From Octopus vulgaris (taxonomy: Eukaryota), in assembly GCA_951406725.2 (NCBI GenBank), contig OX597836.1:1364001-1428000 (forward strand): a stretch of 64,000 bases of DNA. Direction: 5' to 3'. The notes under the pieces were generated by a model, which did not search any database, was not told where the DNA came from, and saw only the letters and a program-made list of their open reading frames with translations. The translations under genes and the position numbers were made by a program. This document shows positions 14,476 through 28,890 of this stretch, one piece after another (within the stretch, counting starts at the first letter, position 1; each line of letters starts with the position of its first letter).

Positions 14476-15436
14476 GTGTGTGTGTATGCTGGCGCGACTG
14501 TGTGTATCAGAATATTCAATATTTAAGGGATGCGAAGCGAAGCAAATCTAAAACGAAGCATCCAATTCGAGTCCAACGCACCGTAATTATAGCCACGAAC
14601 GTTAGGGGTGTTTGTCCTATTTACTTAACGTTTTATTTCAACGCAGATTTTGTTCTTATTTCTTGAAGTCACTCCTTGTTCTCATGAACAAGCCTAAAAA
14701 CAATTCTTGCTAAGTTTTAGAGTCACCCTCTGTGAGTGGTTTTCATAGATTAAGAATCTATGACGAAGGCCATGCAGAATTGATCGATAAATGCTTATAT
14801 CTTGCATCCGTCTTTCACGGTCGTCAGCAAACAGCCATTCACCGAATTTTAGAGGCTGGGCCGCTATCCCTGTTGAAGTATTTATGCAAAACACACACGT
14901 ATGTGTTTATAGTTTTATTACACACAAGCACACAGATAGACACAAATACACCCTCGTGTGTGTGTATGCTGGCGCGACTGTGTGTATCAGAATATTCAAT
15001 ATTTAAGGGATGCGAAGCGAAGCAAATCTAAAACGAAGCATCCAATTCGAGTCCAACGCACCGTAATTATAGCCACGAACGTTAGGGGTGTTTGTCCTAT
15101 TTACTTAACGTTTTATTTCAACGCAGATTTTGTTCTTATTTCTTGAAGTCACTCCTTGTTCTCATGAACAAGCCTAAAAACAATTCTTGCTAAGTTTTAG
15201 AGTCACCCTCTGTGAGTGGTTTTCATAGATTAAGAATCTATGACGAAGGCCATGCAGAATTGATCGATAAATGCTTATATCTTGCATCCGTCTTTCACGG
15301 TCGTCAGCAAACAGCCATTCACCGAATTTTAGAGGCTGGGCCGCTATCCCTGTTGAAGTATTTATGCAAAACACACACGTATGTGTTTATAGTTTTATTA
15401 CACACAAGCACACAGATAGACACAAATACACCCTCG
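14476..15436. repeat. Exact tandem duplication, 2 x 480 bp
   Basis: Lines 14521-14940 are identical to 15001-15420; duplicated ORFs at 14694/15174 and 14732/15212. Confidence 0.97.
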
Positions 15437-15490
15437 CACATATATATGTATGACTATGTGTATGTAATATATATTCACACACACACACGC

Positions 15491-15534
<44 letters not shown>

Positions 15535-15829
15535 TTGGAAATGTATGCGTGGCGTTCAATTACATAATAATAATAAATAGATAATATATATATATATGCA
15601 TATACGGGTACAGGACGTCACCAACTGTGGGAACAACATGAAATACGTAAACAACGACAGAAAAAATGGAAAACAGGACAAGTAAACACAGAGAAGGACC
15701 CTCCATCAGTTGTCGGCTGTCCATCTACTCCTCATTTCAAGCATTCTATGACAATATGAGTCTTCAAAGACAGATGCTCCCATAAATTCTAAAATATAAT
15801 TTAGGATTTATGGAGGGTAAAATTCGACA

Positions 15830-16865
15830 GTTTGGTCCTAAGGTACCGAAAAAATAAAATGTTGCAAACTTCAAATTACCAAGCAACTTGCAAAAATTTC
15901 ACGATGCTATAGAAAGCATCAATCTTGATGCAAATGAGAAGATTCCAAAACCAAAGTATTTCAGGCCGCAAGTCCTTCAGTGGGATTTAAATCGCGTAAG
16001 TCCAGTGACCGGTTCCCAGACATATCAGCAGAAATTCATGATCTATTTTTAGGAAAAAAACCAAAAAAACTTAGATAATACACTTCTTTCTTAATCCTTG
16101 AACTCCAACTCAAACAAAGCTTACAGGAAGCTGAACGGGGAAGTGCAGCTCTAAGGAAAATTAAACAGGATTGCTGGAATGACAGAGCAAAAGCGGCGCA
16201 AGAAGCAACTGATAGAAATGATGCCAAAGGTTATGTTAAGGAAGTATATTGCCCAAAATCTTCTTCAATAGCTCCAGTGAGAACAGCAAATAGGCATTTG
16301 CTTTTGACTGGCACCGCTTCTCTTCATAAGCACTTCGTATAACCTTTTTCTGCACTTTTGAATCGACCACCATCCGTTGACATGAGGATGATAGAAAAGA
16401 TCGAACACCTTCCAGTTATAGAGGAGATGACATTTAACCGCCTCCAAATGACATTTATTCAGTTGTGAATAAGCTGAATATCAATAGGTCTCCAGGGTCT
16501 GATGGAATCTATGCAGAAATCCAGAAATAATTAAGGTGACAAAATGTTTGAACGCTTAAATATATTAATTTTTCACTGTTGGAGAACTGAGGAAGTACCT
16601 CAAGACTGGTTTTTATGCCATTTTAGTCTCCTTGAAAAGATCGGGGCCGAAGGATCTGTGTGGTAACTTTCTTGGGATTTGGCTTTTGTCTGTAGTTGGA
16701 AAAGTATTTACCCGCATTCTGTTAGAACGTTTGTATACCTTCATTGTTCCAAATATGGTGTCTGACTCTCAACGTGGTTTTCGCTCCTCCAGGAGCACAA
16801 TTGTTTGTATCATTACTATTAGACAATTGTGGGAAAAGTGCATTGAACAGGATCTTTCCCTATAG
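15830..16865 (+). mobile_element. RTE/BovB-like LINE ORF fragment (linker and N-terminal RT), pseudogenised
   Basis: LRKIKQDCWNDRAKAAQEATDRND; SPGSDGIYAEI; CWRTEEVPQDW; CGNFLGIWLLSVVGKVFTRILLERL...SQRGFRSSRSTIVCIITIRQLWEKCIEQ. Contains stops and frameshifts. Confidence 0.9.
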
Positions 16866-16939
16866 TTCTGATCTGGGAAGCGAAAGTTCCCTCTTCCGAA
16901 TTCTCAATCATACAAATATGAACGAATGTATTTAATATT

Positions 16940-17120
16940 TCAGTTTAAAATGTTGCCGGACAAAATGCTGATAGGCATCTCGTCGCTCTTTATGTTCCGA
17001 GTTCAATTTCCGTCTTTGAGTTTTATCCTTTCATCCTTTGGGGCCAAGGCGACGATGTGATCGCACCCTCCCCCTCCCTGCCCCCTCTGTTCTTGTGCCA
17101 AAAGTTGAAACCAATATTTC
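16940..17120 (+). mobile_element. Diverged family A SINE
   Basis: gttccgagttcaatttccg...cctttcatcctttggggcc...cttgtgccaaaagttgaaa. Confidence 0.65.
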
Positions 17121-18606
17121 AGTTAAAATGGCAGGAAAATGCAAGTGGAAAAAAGACATGGATATCTATTTCAAAAATAATAATTTTAACTGTAAAAATG
17201 GGGTTTTAGTTATATAAATTTCACTCTTGGAACCGATTAAAATGGAAAAGGAGAACAAACACAAGAAAAAATGTAATTAATGTTATAGAAATAAATAAGG
17301 GTAAGAAACCAAAATGCTTTCTAAGCAGCTCCACAAAATGGAAGGCGGGGAATTTGTGTTTATAGGAAATGGTGTACGACGTTATGCAAAGTTAGTGAAA
17401 GATTCACAGCAAATATCTCCGTGTTGCTCATAGTGTAGAACTAAGGCGTAAAACGTTATTGTGGAATGATAAATCCAACAGGGTTTTCGAAATAATCGCA
17501 TACATACACACAGATGTATGTATACAAAAACACACAAAGAGACATATATATATATATAAGTATACAAACCTAAAAACATTCAGATACGCAAACATACAGA
17601 TAAAATTCGAGATAAAGTGAAAAATACATAAAAATGTCAGCAGAAAAACATATACAAAAACAAATTAGTTAAGAATAACAATTTCAGTAATTACCTAAAA
17701 TCAAATGTGACGCCTCGTAAGTTTGTATAATTAGCGGTTCAATGTTCTAGTTTATACACCACGAGCAATTTCGATTTAATGTAACCGGTCGGGGTGGAAA
17801 AGATAACGAATGTAGTTAAAGCGAAAGAAATGTTTAAAATAAGTAAAAGAAAAAACATATCAAATCGATGAAACCAATCGGAAATAGATAAATATTTGAC
17901 TGAGCATCTTGTGTTTGAAATGATGAAACTGCTATAGCAAGAAGAGTTAGTTTATGTGAACGTGTGTGTATAGGGGGTATGTGTGTGTATGTGTGTTGTG
18001 TGTGCCGTGTGTCTGTGTGTAATTGCTGTGTGTTTATGCATGTGAGCAAGTATGAGTCAGTGCAGGCACGTGAACGTATATCTCAGATGACACTGGAAAA
18101 TATCTTGAGGCTGCCTTCAGGATGAAGAACACACAGTTAAGTTCAGGCTGACACAGTAATTGTTGTGAAATGAAAATAATGTTTAATCAAGTGAAATCGT
18201 AGCCGTGATAGAAATAATAGCAAATTCATTAAAGTTGAAGAAATTTACTATTCAGGGGGACAAACCGCAAGAATTTCACGACGTTGTAATTCACTAAAAT
18301 TAAATGGAAATAAGCAGCGAGATAGAAATAACTCATTGATCGTGGATGTGTAAATTTTGTACCTGTTTTATTTTAGACTTCGTTTGCGATGCATTGCGGT
18401 GACACACCTACAAAAAAAAGGAAACAATTACGAGACATGTTTGGAACTGTGAGATTATTTCTACACTCGCACATACACACGCACAAGTCTCACCAATGCA
18501 CACGTATTTTTATGGAGTCTTTTTCTATCCTACAAATGAAATGCATATATGCATCTGTGAATGTTTGTCTCTGTATATGTATATGTATACATACATGCAT
18601 ATATAT

Positions 18607-18639
<33 letters not shown>

Positions 18640-18754
18640 GGGGGGAAGCGAGAGAGAGAGAGAGATGTATATGCAGACTACTTATTCATATAACACACAC
18701 ACATATGTATATATTTATGTATATATACATACATATATATATACATACATATAT

Positions 18755-19268
18755 GGCATGACAGGCCTCGACTATTGGGGTCGACTGGAAAAGCTAAAAC
18801 TTTATTCTCTCCAACGTCGCCGTGAGCGCTACATCATCTGCATGATGTGGAAAATATTCCATCAGCATTGCCCAAATGATGTTGGCATCACCTTTAAGGT
18901 ACATCCAAGGCTTGGGCCCCGTGCCATCCGCCCAAAACAAAAATCACACTCTCATCTCATAACAACAATACGGCACAATTATTTCACCTCAATTGGCCCC
19001 GCTCTCTTTAACATTACACCAAAACACATTAAAACAGAAGCAGACCCTATAGGGTTCAAGAAGTCTTTGGACAGATTCCTTCAAGAAATCCCGGATAAAC
19101 CCCCTACATCCGGATATGTCTCTGTAAACAATAACTCTCTACTTGAGTGGGCCATAGTGCCCAAATTCTGACTTGAAAGACTTCACCAGGTGGTGCTATT
19201 AAGTTAGACATGGCCTGGGCCAATAATGGCCGAAACCTATCAAAGTATCAAAGTATCAAAGTAAAGTA
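18755..19268 (+). mobile_element. 5'-truncated CR1/L2-group LINE 3' end (ORF2 C-terminus, 3'UTR, tandem tail)
   Basis: Uninterrupted frame LDYWGRLEKLKLYSLQRRRERY...FTSIGPALFN...FKKSLDRFLQEIPDKP, stop at 19169-19171. Short UTR and (TATCAAAG)3 tail; flanked by AT microsatellite. Confidence 0.88.
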
Positions 19269-19319
19269 TATATATATATATAAATATATAGTGAGATCAC
19301 TTCCAAATGCTTTACCAGC

Positions 19320-19345
19320 TAGATAGATAGGTAGATAGATAGATG

Positions 19346-19417
<72 letters not shown>

Positions 19418-19437
19418 GATAGATGGATAGATAGAGA
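19320..19437. repeat. (GATA)n microsatellite
   Basis: Visible run. Confidence 0.95.
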
Positions 19438-20482
19438 TATATATATATATACGTTATATGTATATAAATAAAATTACAACATACGCAGGCATGTGTATTG
19501 AATACATTTGTGGTTATTGTTAAATATATTCTCCTGTCTAAGTTTAGGAGAAAATATTTGTGGGAGACTTTAAATAGTATTTTTACCCAAACGTGAAAAT
19601 ATTTTCAGTTATGCTGAGTTTATCAATCTATAGACAGCTTTTGTGCAAAATTATTCTTATCATCTATAAATATAGATTAAGACTGTCTAGATGGATTCGG
19701 TTCTGCTCTGCTCTCAAATTCCAGACAAATGATTATTCTTTGATGCTGAATCTATTCAAATTTAGGGTTTTACCACCATTTACACTCTTTGCGCATCCAG
19801 AGTAGAATCAGGTCCAATTCGCTTTTAATATTCGTAAGACCTTAATTTAAAAGATATCAACTTAACAAAAATGTATGATATCAGGTATTATGTTGGTTAT
19901 AAACATTAAGAAAACCTTAAATTCGTACAACGGAGATCATTGAAATCTTTTTGACAGTGAAATAACAAAATAGTTAAAAACGATGGAGGACTTCGAAGAT
20001 GAAAAGCTAAGTTTTATAACCTTAAATATTTCAAGCACAAAGGCGCATCATCAGAAGTAAACAATAGCTATCATATTGATCACTGGAACCAATAATGCTT
20101 AGACTAACATTTCTTGAGTGTTTGCTTCTGACAATGGGCATTTGTGCCTGAAATATATAAATATTATCAAACATTCTCTTTCCGCATTGTAAAAATTTCT
20201 TCGTCTTGAGGATTTTGTTATTTTTCTTCTTTAACACAAACTACAAAGATATTATTTTATGATAGCATCCTGTATAGCTATTTCTAGCATTTCAGTATTA
20301 ATATCTATATTTATAGATATCCTATAATCATATTTCTGCTCTCGTACGAAGCTATTTTTATCTGAAGATATATTCGCGTCATTGTATTATATAATTCGGA
20401 TACAATTTCAATTTCCGCTAACATTTTTAGATATTTAATTTCTCACCGTTTATCATAGAGTATTTGTTTTATTTATTTCTGC

Positions 20483-20565
20483 AATCGACCTGTTTGATAG
20501 TTTTTGCACAAGGTCGTGCCCCAGCATGGCCGTAGTACAATGCATGAAACGAGTAAAAGATAAAA
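20483..20565 (+). mobile_element. Family B SINE 3' fragment
   Basis: gtgccccagcatggccgtag...gaaacgagtaaaagataaaa. Confidence 0.65.
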
Positions 20566-20640
20566 ATATATATGTTCATGTATGTTTGTATGCATGTATG
20601 TATGTATGTTTGTATGTATGTTTGTATGTATGTGTGTATG

Positions 20641-20671
<31 letters not shown>

Positions 20672-21274
20672 GTATATATTCTATATATATGTATGTATAA
20701 CAGCATCCATGACGCCCCAATTCAACGATTCTTTAATGATCTTATACTTAATTTCATTTGGACAGTTTGTCACTAAATTACTTATTAAGAATTACAAATT
20801 TGAAACCAACCTCTTCTCGGATACACAAATCTGTCATTTAAAATATCATCCACATAGCAACAACCCATTAAAGTTTATATTACATTACAATACATTCTAC
20901 TTTTAGCGAATTTGCTTTGAAATTTACTCACAATATTTTTTATCTCTATTTATGACACTACAAAAATATAAATTGTTGAAGTTGATGTCGCATCAACAAG
21001 TAGACTTGTTAGAAATAGATGCTAGAATGAAAAGTCAATGTTATTCCATATACAGTTAGCAGCGAGATTTGGATGGCATGTAGAGCTGGAGGTCTTTCAC
21101 TGAGGAAGCGCAGTACGTTGATATCACGTGATCAGGTAGTCTCGATGCGATTTCCGTTCAATAGTTGCTTGCTACAATAAATGACGACTCTTTTTGCACT
21201 GTTCATCTATATGAGACAACCTCTCAGATAGAATATGACAATATTCGGCACTCTCATAACAAATCCACACTCAC

Positions 21275-21325
<51 letters not shown>

Positions 21326-21891
21326 AATGATATTTTTGCATTTTGTTTTAGGTAGATACATTTCACTATAACTCGCTGAAGAGACCTAATAAAACCGAAA
21401 TATATCAAGAGAGGTCATTCGCTCTACCAGGAACCACTCACATTTCCCCTTCTACTTATTTCCATTAAACTGTGTGTTACTTGAACCATCGGGATTTCTT
21501 TACCCTCACCAATTTGAAAACATGTAGCATTAACGTTAATGACATTTTTTTCCTCATTGAAGTTATAATTCAATTAGTTCTTATTAATTCTCTGTTCATA
21601 GCATTAAGTATAACGGCGTTCATGTAAATATATGACCTGGAGACACTCTGGCAAAGGTCTCATGCCATGTTATATCTACATACATATATATACATTCAGG
21701 CATACGCACAGACAGACACACATGTGCAGATATGTATATATGTTTCATTTCTACATAAATTAGCGCGCATATACATACGAAGATTCAAAACCCGCAAACA
21801 CCACAAACACACACACACACAACACACATAACACACACACACAACCATTCTTTTATTCGCTTCAGCCATACAGCTGCAATTATGTTGGAGC

Positions 21892-21946
<55 letters not shown>

Positions 21947-22117
21947 TTATATATACATATATGACTATATACACACATATGTGTATATATATATAAGTAT
22001 ATATATATTTGTGTATATATATATGTATATATATATCAGTATATGTATGTATATTCAGTTTTCACTAAAAGGATTTATACATACATACACACATACGTAG
22101 ATATATATTTATATATG

Positions 22118-22175
<58 letters not shown>

Positions 22176-22479
22176 AATATATATATATACATATGCTTAT
22201 ATGTATTTACTCTTTAAGTAGCTACAGTAATATTACGACTTTGCGATTTCATAATCTGAAAGACAGACAGGAAGCTTCGAATGCATTATCTGTTTCCGGT
22301 TACACTATCATTTTTGATTCAGTCATTTCTTTTCTTTCTATTTCTTTTGCCAACCATCCTATCGCGTACATTAGGTAGACATTACCCGAGGTAAATAGAC
22401 GAGATCATTGCACATCTAATTTTTTTTATAAACGATATGTTTCATTTCATTTAGATAATTAAAAAGAAATATTTATCTC

Positions 22480-22548
<69 letters not shown>

Positions 22549-23449
22549 TTATTTACTTTTATGTTTTTTTTTAGTTCTCATCTTGATTGTGTATCCCTGT
22601 GTTGATATGTTTGTGTATGTATCTATGTCTGTCTTCGTGCTGAGAGCCAGTGCACTTGCAAGTTTGTTTCTTTGTTTTGTGTTTGACTGTGTATATATTT
22701 ATATTTCTCTGTATACGAAGATATTTGTGCTCGTTTCTGTGTATCTAGGATCGTGTGTGTATGTATTTTGTGTCTGCGTCGATATTTTTGTGAAAGCATG
22801 TTTATACCTATGTTTGAGTAAATATGTTTTGCATCTATATCTGTGTGTATATGTGTATGTGTGTGTGCCTGTCTAAATGGCTGGTTACTCTAAGCACCTT
22901 TGAGCGTATTTCTACCATGATATCAGTTATCTCTAATTACTAGCAACCTGAGGACATATTCTTTATTTTATCCTCTGTCTGCACCACCTTAGACATATAT
23001 TGTCCTTTTATCATTTTTTTCAAACCTACACACACTGAAAAGTTAAAAATGGAGTTAACGATATCAGTAGCAAAAACAGCAACAACACCAAGAGCAATAA
23101 CAACTACAAAGAAATAATATATCAACAAAAATTGAAGCAGATTGAGAGAAATTTAGAAGAGACACATTGAGCAGAATGTAAAACACCGAAACTGAATAAA
23201 AAGTAAAAAGACAAAATATAATTGCATCGCGGACATTACTGCAGCGTAACCGGAAAGAAGAATGCATTAAATAATATAAGTAACTTGAGAGGTCCTTTGG
23301 TTGAAACCACCATAAAATCTTGTTGAAGTACTTGATAGCCCGATACGTAACGTGATTATGGAATACACTGGAAAGCAAATGAGTCGTAAGACTTGATTGG
23401 CGGCTGAAGGAGCAAACGATTTGAATTCTCCAAATCGAAAATATCAGAG

Positions 23450-23640
23450 GCCCCACGAAACAATTTTATTCATCAAGGAGACACGAATGATGTATTTAAC
23501 GGAGGAACATATAGGATCCCGGGAAGCCAAGTTTTTGTAGGTGTAAGGTGCAAAAATAGGTAAGATGACTTAGTATTACCTAGATGCTTTAATGACTAGC
23601 ATTTAATAGAATGCCACACTCAAGGATAATGCAAACATTC
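23450..23640 (+). mobile_element. Possible decayed LINE ORF1 zinc-knuckle region
   Basis: RIPGSQVFVGVR...PRCFND*HLIECHTQG*C loosely resembles the PRCFNCQ..GH...C gag-like knuckle. Confidence 0.25.
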
Positions 23641-25619
23641 TACTTAAATGAAACAGCCTAAGAAATAACATCAAATCATTGTATATCAATATGGTAAATA
23701 ATGAAATATCTACAGGGGAAATGGAAGATAAAAACAGCCTTATAGGCATCGAAGAATCTTAGCTACGTAGGGACCACGCTTATGTGGCAATAGAAATGAA
23801 ATAAAGAAAATACATACGTACACCAACTTCGGGTTATGGAACTAATACCAAGAAATAGTATTCATTTCCTGGTGCTCTTACTTTGCCAAGTTCGACTGTT
23901 GTCAGGATTTAGATACAAACAACTAAGTAGATCCGTTGATTCGGTAATGCACTAAAACATGGAATACGAAACGGTTAAGTGTAACCAAATAGGTTATAGG
24001 ATAACGGCTTGGCCAAACTCATAATAATTTTAGACATGTATGATCAGACGACGACGAAGACCAATGAAAAGCGTTCTGATATAATAAGCAAGTATTAGGT
24101 CAAAATTATCTGTAGCCTGAAGGAAAACCTGGTCCATTCTTACTCCAATAATAATCCGAGCCGTCTAAGAGGAATCGTCTAGAATTTGAAATATGCGGCA
24201 CATGAAATTAACATGAATACCAATAATAATTAGAACAATGAGCAAGACAAAAATATATATATATGATGGTAATAATGATGATGGGAAACTGGCATGTTTT
24301 GAACAATAACAACAATTCCGATGGCATTGACAACATCGGCAATATGCCTCCCTCTCTGCGTATTGAAGCAGTTACTTCCGAATGGAAGACAAAGAACACA
24401 TATTGTACATAATCCCTTTCCAATATCCAACTTTTACAAAACTTATTGCGTATTATTTCACAATATTGTAGCGCAATCCACACAGCGCAGGCGCTAACAC
24501 AGGTTTTACGATAAACTGAGGAGAATCGAATAAAGATTATTGATGTCCATGAAGAATACTGACGTTTCTTTGCTTCGTCTATCAGAGGATTTTGTCTGTG
24601 TATAAAGCTTTAAAATATACAGGTTTGAGAATTTGTCTCTACAACATGAAAAATGAGTAAAAATAGAAAATTAAAGAACAGAACAAAAGTGAGGTGGACA
24701 GACCCTTGTTTGGTTCCTGTTCAGGTTTTTTAGCATCCTCACATTATATATTGCGAATAACGATATCTGATGTCTTCTAGATATGCTACAACCATTTCTT
24801 TATGGAACCACCGAACATTTACAAACGAGGTGTTACCATAGTTTCTATCAGTAGTTATATGTGTAAGCTTGGTATAAAGAATGTTTTTGAATTTTATAAT
24901 GCTTTCTAGTGTATTTGGTTTGATGGTGTGATACATGACACATGGTATCGTACATTCATCAAACGCATATTAACAGGTCAGCAGAGAAGGAAACGTTTTG
25001 TGAATAGTGTTAATAGAATATGTTTACAAAAATAATGTTTTTTTAATTTTAAATTATCGACCTGGAAATAATAACATAGGCAGAGTGACAGAATAATCGG
25101 TATTGATGTTAATTTAATTGTCACAATTGTGTGAACTACTTATCAATAAAGAGGCATTCATTTAATTTCCAGTGTAAATTTATATCATATAATAGGCTTA
25201 TATTAAAATGTTAAGTCAATAAATATAAAAACAATACTTAAACTATTTTAATTTTAAATATTAGTATACAATTTATAAACATGAATTCATATTGACTAAC
25301 TCGAGTTAGATACTGTTTTAACTAAATGTTTTGTTTTATTTTCAAAATGTTAGATTTTTATCATATACAACTGGAAATACCTCTGCATAGATTGTTGGTT
25401 AAACTTACGAGAAGTGAGCATGCCACAAAACATTGATGCAATAAATATACCTTGAAGAACAGTAACAGGAATTTATTATAGAAATTAAGGAACCCCGCCC
25501 CAAAGGAAGAGAGTGCAACGAAAGCTTTTTGTGATGTACCTTGGCTCTGAACTATAAAGAGCACCGCCCAGTCTGCTTCTTTTTAAAGTCTGTAACCTTT
25601 TGATAGTAGCCGTAGATCT

Positions 25620-26450
25620 TTTGCAGATAAGTCTTCACTGTTTATTTTTAAATATATTTCAAATCCTCGAAAGTACGAAGACAAATTTTTGTGAAACATA
25701 AACTGGTTCAAGAAAAATAATTAATGACATTATATGAAGCCTCATTTATGATTACAAAATATTTAAAACCACAAACATTGCGTTGCTTGTGGCATATAGA
25801 GCCAAGGGCCGACCTAAGTGGGTGGAATCAGAAAGCTTTGCACGGTGACATGATCTAGTATGTGGTAGAATAACAAAAATCAGCAAAAACCAATTCGTGC
25901 CACAAAAAGAACCACTTCGATTTAGAGCCAGCTGGGTTACGAGAATCGATGGACTCCATAAATGTGCCTTAATTTCTGCTCCATGGAAGATATGTACATG
26001 AAAGCAGCGTGCAAGAGCAATTACTGCTCTTTGCCACTCACTTGAATGATATACAAAAGAGGAAGCTGTTTCCTAAAAGGGGTATCACTTTTTTTAAGGA
26101 TGTTGATCACGAAGAGAATTATTGTGTTGGGATATATGTCAATGCTGTGGCAATAAGAACCGCAAAATATGTCAGATTTCAAACTAAATTTCCATCTGCA
26201 AATGCTGCACATAAAACATTCACTTATTGTATGATGTGAGATGCATTAATATTTAAATCAATTTCTTAATAATTAGATACGGTAATAAAAAATGTCGTAA
26301 AAATTATGAACTTCATTAAACGACTCTTTGGGTAGTTCTTTATTTGGTAAATTTAACTCAGGATTTGAAATCGGACTTGAGTAAAGATTTACTGCAAATA
26401 AAGATGCGACGGCTGTCAAATGAACAATCAGTGAGACGCTTTTAACAATG
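25620..26450 (+). mobile_element. hAT (Buster/Charlie-like) transposase pseudogene
   Basis: Colinear motifs KSSKVRRQIFVKH; EASFMITKYLKPQT; QLLLF; CVGIYVNAVAIRTAKY (CVGICTDGAAAMTGK); TYCMM*DAL (THCxIHREAL); LDTVIKNVVKIMNFIK; LLQIKMRRLS (LLHTEVRWLS). Confidence 0.8.
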
Positions 26451-27238
26451 TAGAATATTCAATGTTGTTTTCACAGAAATTAATACGACTCGTCCAGAAT
26501 TCGGCGATATTCAAATAAGGCACTTTTTAAAATTTTTGTCCAATTTGTTCTTTTCGAATTGTTTGTTGTTTTATACTTTCTGGGTTATTTTATTTATTAT
26601 TGAATCTGTTCATTAATATTAGCGAAATCGATTCGCACGATTGTCACGTCGCAATTCGTCTGAGAAAATGAAAATAAAAATAAACGTGTCGAGCGAAGAA
26701 AGTTGAAGAAACAATCTGCTCAAGAATCTCTAATACAATAATCGCAACGCACTTATGAATATATACGTTGATATGAATATATATATATATACATGAATGT
26801 ATATATACATTTAGATAAATATATAAGTATATACATTTATATAAATATATTAATATATACCTTTATATAAACATATGCATTTACATAAATCTATACATTT
26901 ATATGAATACACATTTAAATAGTGAAGTTGCGAATGAAATCCTACAACACAATTAGGCAAGTGTGACCTTCAAATACCTAATTAATACACAACTACATCG
27001 TGATAATGAGCAAGACTGCGTGGCCGATTAGTAATTTAGTTAATGAATGCGCTGCACCAATAAATGAACCGACACGCGATGGAGCAAAGACACGGTTGTT
27101 TATCGCTCTTTTACAAGTCATTTACGTGCTTTCATTCTTTCTTTCTCTCTAACTCTCTCTAATTCTCCTTCCCTCTGCCTCATTGTCCTCTCACCGTCCG
27201 CCTTCTCCCTCTCACTGTCCCTCTCTCGCTCTCTCATC

Positions 27239-27239
<1 letters not shown>

Positions 27240-27328
<89 letters not shown>

Positions 27329-27330
27329 CC
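27240..27330. repeat. (ATCT)n microsatellite
   Basis: Visible run. Confidence 0.95.
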
Positions 27331-27399
27331 CTACCTATCTAGCTGCGTGTGTGTTTATATATGTATGTATATATGTTTATATGTATATATGTATATATG

Positions 27400-27465
<66 letters not shown>

Positions 27466-27467
27466 TA

Positions 27468-27851
27468 GGCGCAGGAGTGGCTGTGTGGTAAGTAGCTTGC
27501 TTACCAACCACATGGTTCCGGGTTCAGTCCCACTGCGTAGCATCTTGGGCAAGTGTCTTCTACTATAGCCTCGGGCTGACCAAAGCCTTGTGAATGGATT
27601 TGATAGACGGAAACTGAAAGAAGCCCGTCGTATATATGTATGTGTGTCTGTGTTTGTCCCCCTAGCATTGCTTGACAACCGATGCTGGTGTGTTTATGTC
27701 CGTAACTTAGCGGTTCGGCAAAAGAGACCGATAGAATAAGTACTAGGCTTACAAAGAATAAGTCTTGGGGTCGATTTGCTCGACTAAAGGCGGTGCTCCA
27801 GCATGGCCGTAGTCAAATGACTGAAACAAGTAAAAAGAGAGTAAGAGAGTA
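27468..27851 (+). mobile_element. Full-length family B SINE
   Basis: Same head, CORE-like segment and tail as 5011-5406; inserted within an (AT)n tract. Confidence 0.92.
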
Positions 27852-28850
27852 TATATATATATATATAATAATGAACTGATACGCGATATATATACGATAA
27901 AATTAATCCTGTGTGGTGCACTTTGAGACATTATTTTACATATATTATAATCAATATGTACATATGTTTAATATTCTATCTGAACTCAGGCTTTGCTGCA
28001 TTTTTTACTATTTTTGTTTTTCCATGAACAAAGCAGTCATCTGCCCGTTTTGCCTTCGTATACATCATTAATCTAACATCACCACTCCAGTAAACCTCGG
28101 CTCTAATTATATTATCACACCAACTATTGATTATAATTACTCCATGGTCATTCAGTTCTATGTTAAAAAAATTGATTTCTTTCCAAACAATGTGAGATAT
28201 CATCTCAGATATTATTGTTATAACGCGCATATCCGTCAGTGGATTGTAAATTATTTTTTAATGTTATATTTTGCTATCAGATTACTTTTTGAAGCTGTTA
28301 CAAGCGATAAGCAGCATTAGTGGCTTCTGGAATTTATGAATTCTTTCGTCACTTCTTGATTTTTATCCGCCATTTTGTTTAAAGTTATTAGTTGTCTCAT
28401 GAAAGCCTTTTATATATTTTTTTTTCTTTTCCGGTGATGAAGGAATAGCGCTAGTCTTTTTGATTCGTGTTGATACCAGAAACACACTCAGTGTGTTAAT
28501 CTATGTGTGTTAATATTTAATCTATGCATAATATATTTGTTTTAAGATATTTTACTATATATATATACAGTATTGTGTTTATTATGGATTTTCCTTTCAT
28601 CATATTTCATTAAAATTAAACATATAATTACGCTTAATATTAATTTTTTTGTATACTCATCAAATTCCAAGCAAAAATAATATTTTCGAAATACTTGTTG
28701 TATGTATCAACTACACACACTTCCGCATGCGCACATATCTTTATATATTTACATATATACATACATACCTATATATGTATGCATATATATATATATATAT
28801 ACTTAAATATAAAAGACCAAAGTATACGTACGCAATACACACACACACAC

Positions 28851-28890
<40 letters not shown>

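Noticed and set aside
14476-15436. CRISPR-like array or tandem retrozyme
   Set aside because: Only two long identical units, with no spacers and no hammerhead core found.
18389-19171. 260-aa ORF as a host gene
   Set aside because: The N-terminal half is microsatellite read-through and the C-terminal half is a LINE ORF2 end.
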